Below, in pieces: positions 63,173 to 64,000 of a stretch of DNA of 64,000 nt (positions are counted from its first letter, which is position 1; each line of letters starts with the position of its first letter). The stretch is from Eledone cirrhosa. Taxonomy: Eukaryota. The stretch is taken from NCBI GenBank assembly GCA_964016885.1, contig OZ024741.1, forward strand, positions 169,880,001 through 169,944,000. The letters run 5' to 3'. Under the pieces are notes generated by a model, which ran no database searches, was not told the origin of the DNA, and was given only the letters and a program-made list of their open reading frames with translations. The position numbers and the translations under genes are program-made.

Positions 63173-64000
63173 TACTCTGGAGCTGCGTTGCCAAATATGG
63201 TACGTTCGTACAAATTTGGTACTATTCGCTCTAATTTGATTTTGTTGTGCGTTTGGTGCCACGACTGGATTTATTGGTACATTTTAGACATTTTACTTGC
63301 TTTGCGAATTTGGCTTAATTTATATTTTAAAATCACTATTTAATGATTTACCATCCATCATCTATGACGACTTTTACTTCAAAAAGCTATCCATTAAATG
63401 TATTTACCCGTCAAATCTCACTTGACATCAATACTCTCCTGTGCATTATTTCAAATCAGTAGCCAACCATCTTCTGTATTATCCTGATAGCCAATAATAA
63501 TGTACTATTCATTCACAATCGATCAGTGAACGTCTTACTTGAATAGATTCCGCTGACAATATGCAATGACATCTACATATAGAGAGATTAAGGCGAATTC
63601 TTGTAAGACAACCGTATCAGTTTAGTTTAAGCCGTCGTGTCATGGTGTACAGTGTGCTTTGTTGGTGTCATCTTTCAATATCTGAACTGTTTTGCTCTTT
63701 TTAAGAAAGACTTTGAACCCATCATGAGTGGAAAAAAAGTAGATATAGAATATTATTCTGATAGTGACGAAAATGACACCCCTCAGAAGAAAACACTGAA
63801 ATAATCCACTTTCTATGAAAGAAAAGTTCAATAAAAATTATAAAACGATAAGAAATGTTCAACGTTGTTGGAATTGAGTAAAGGCTACTCTAAATTGGGC
63901 AATTGTGAGATAGCTGATAGATAAAATCAAAAGAATTCGAAAGTAGCGAAACAAACAGTGAAGGTGACAAGTTTCATAAAGCCTCCCCAATCTTCTGTTC

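Noticed and set aside
61051-63831. Short ORFs in the distal region (e.g. 61051-61515, 63020-63343, 63640-63831)
   Set aside because: Low-complexity or SINE-overlapping with no recognisable domain. Small host exons cannot be excluded without transcript data.

Overview
This is a eukaryotic, repeat-dominated window with no host gene that I can support. The microsatellite density and SINE type suggest an invertebrate, possibly an octopus-like cephalopod (inference only). Bases 1-~45150 are one G/T-rich minisatellite array (about 34-bp monomer, core TATAGGTGGAGG) with multi-kb higher-order duplications; all ORFs there are repeat artefacts. At 45471-51178 is an apparently full-length Tx1/L1-type non-LTR retrotransposon (ORF1 with a CCHC knuckle; ORF2 with APE endonuclease, RT and zinc finger). 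It sits in a (TATC)n tract with a 13-bp candidate TSD, has no poly(A) tail, no ATG for ORF2, and one frameshift in a G12 run. At 51547-52261 is an inverted/tandem triplet of a short element. Two copies carry a type I hammerhead ribozyme fold with a U3-A8 core variant and a palindromic loop-less stem III, as in Penelope-like elements and retrozymes. A third, unrelated degenerate hammerhead lies at about 55430-55464. The remainder holds further mini- and microsatellites, a 129-bp-arm palindrome, five copies of a tRNA-derived SINE, and an internally deleted hAT (Buster/Charlie-like) transposon whose subterminal motif has expanded into a 31-bp array.
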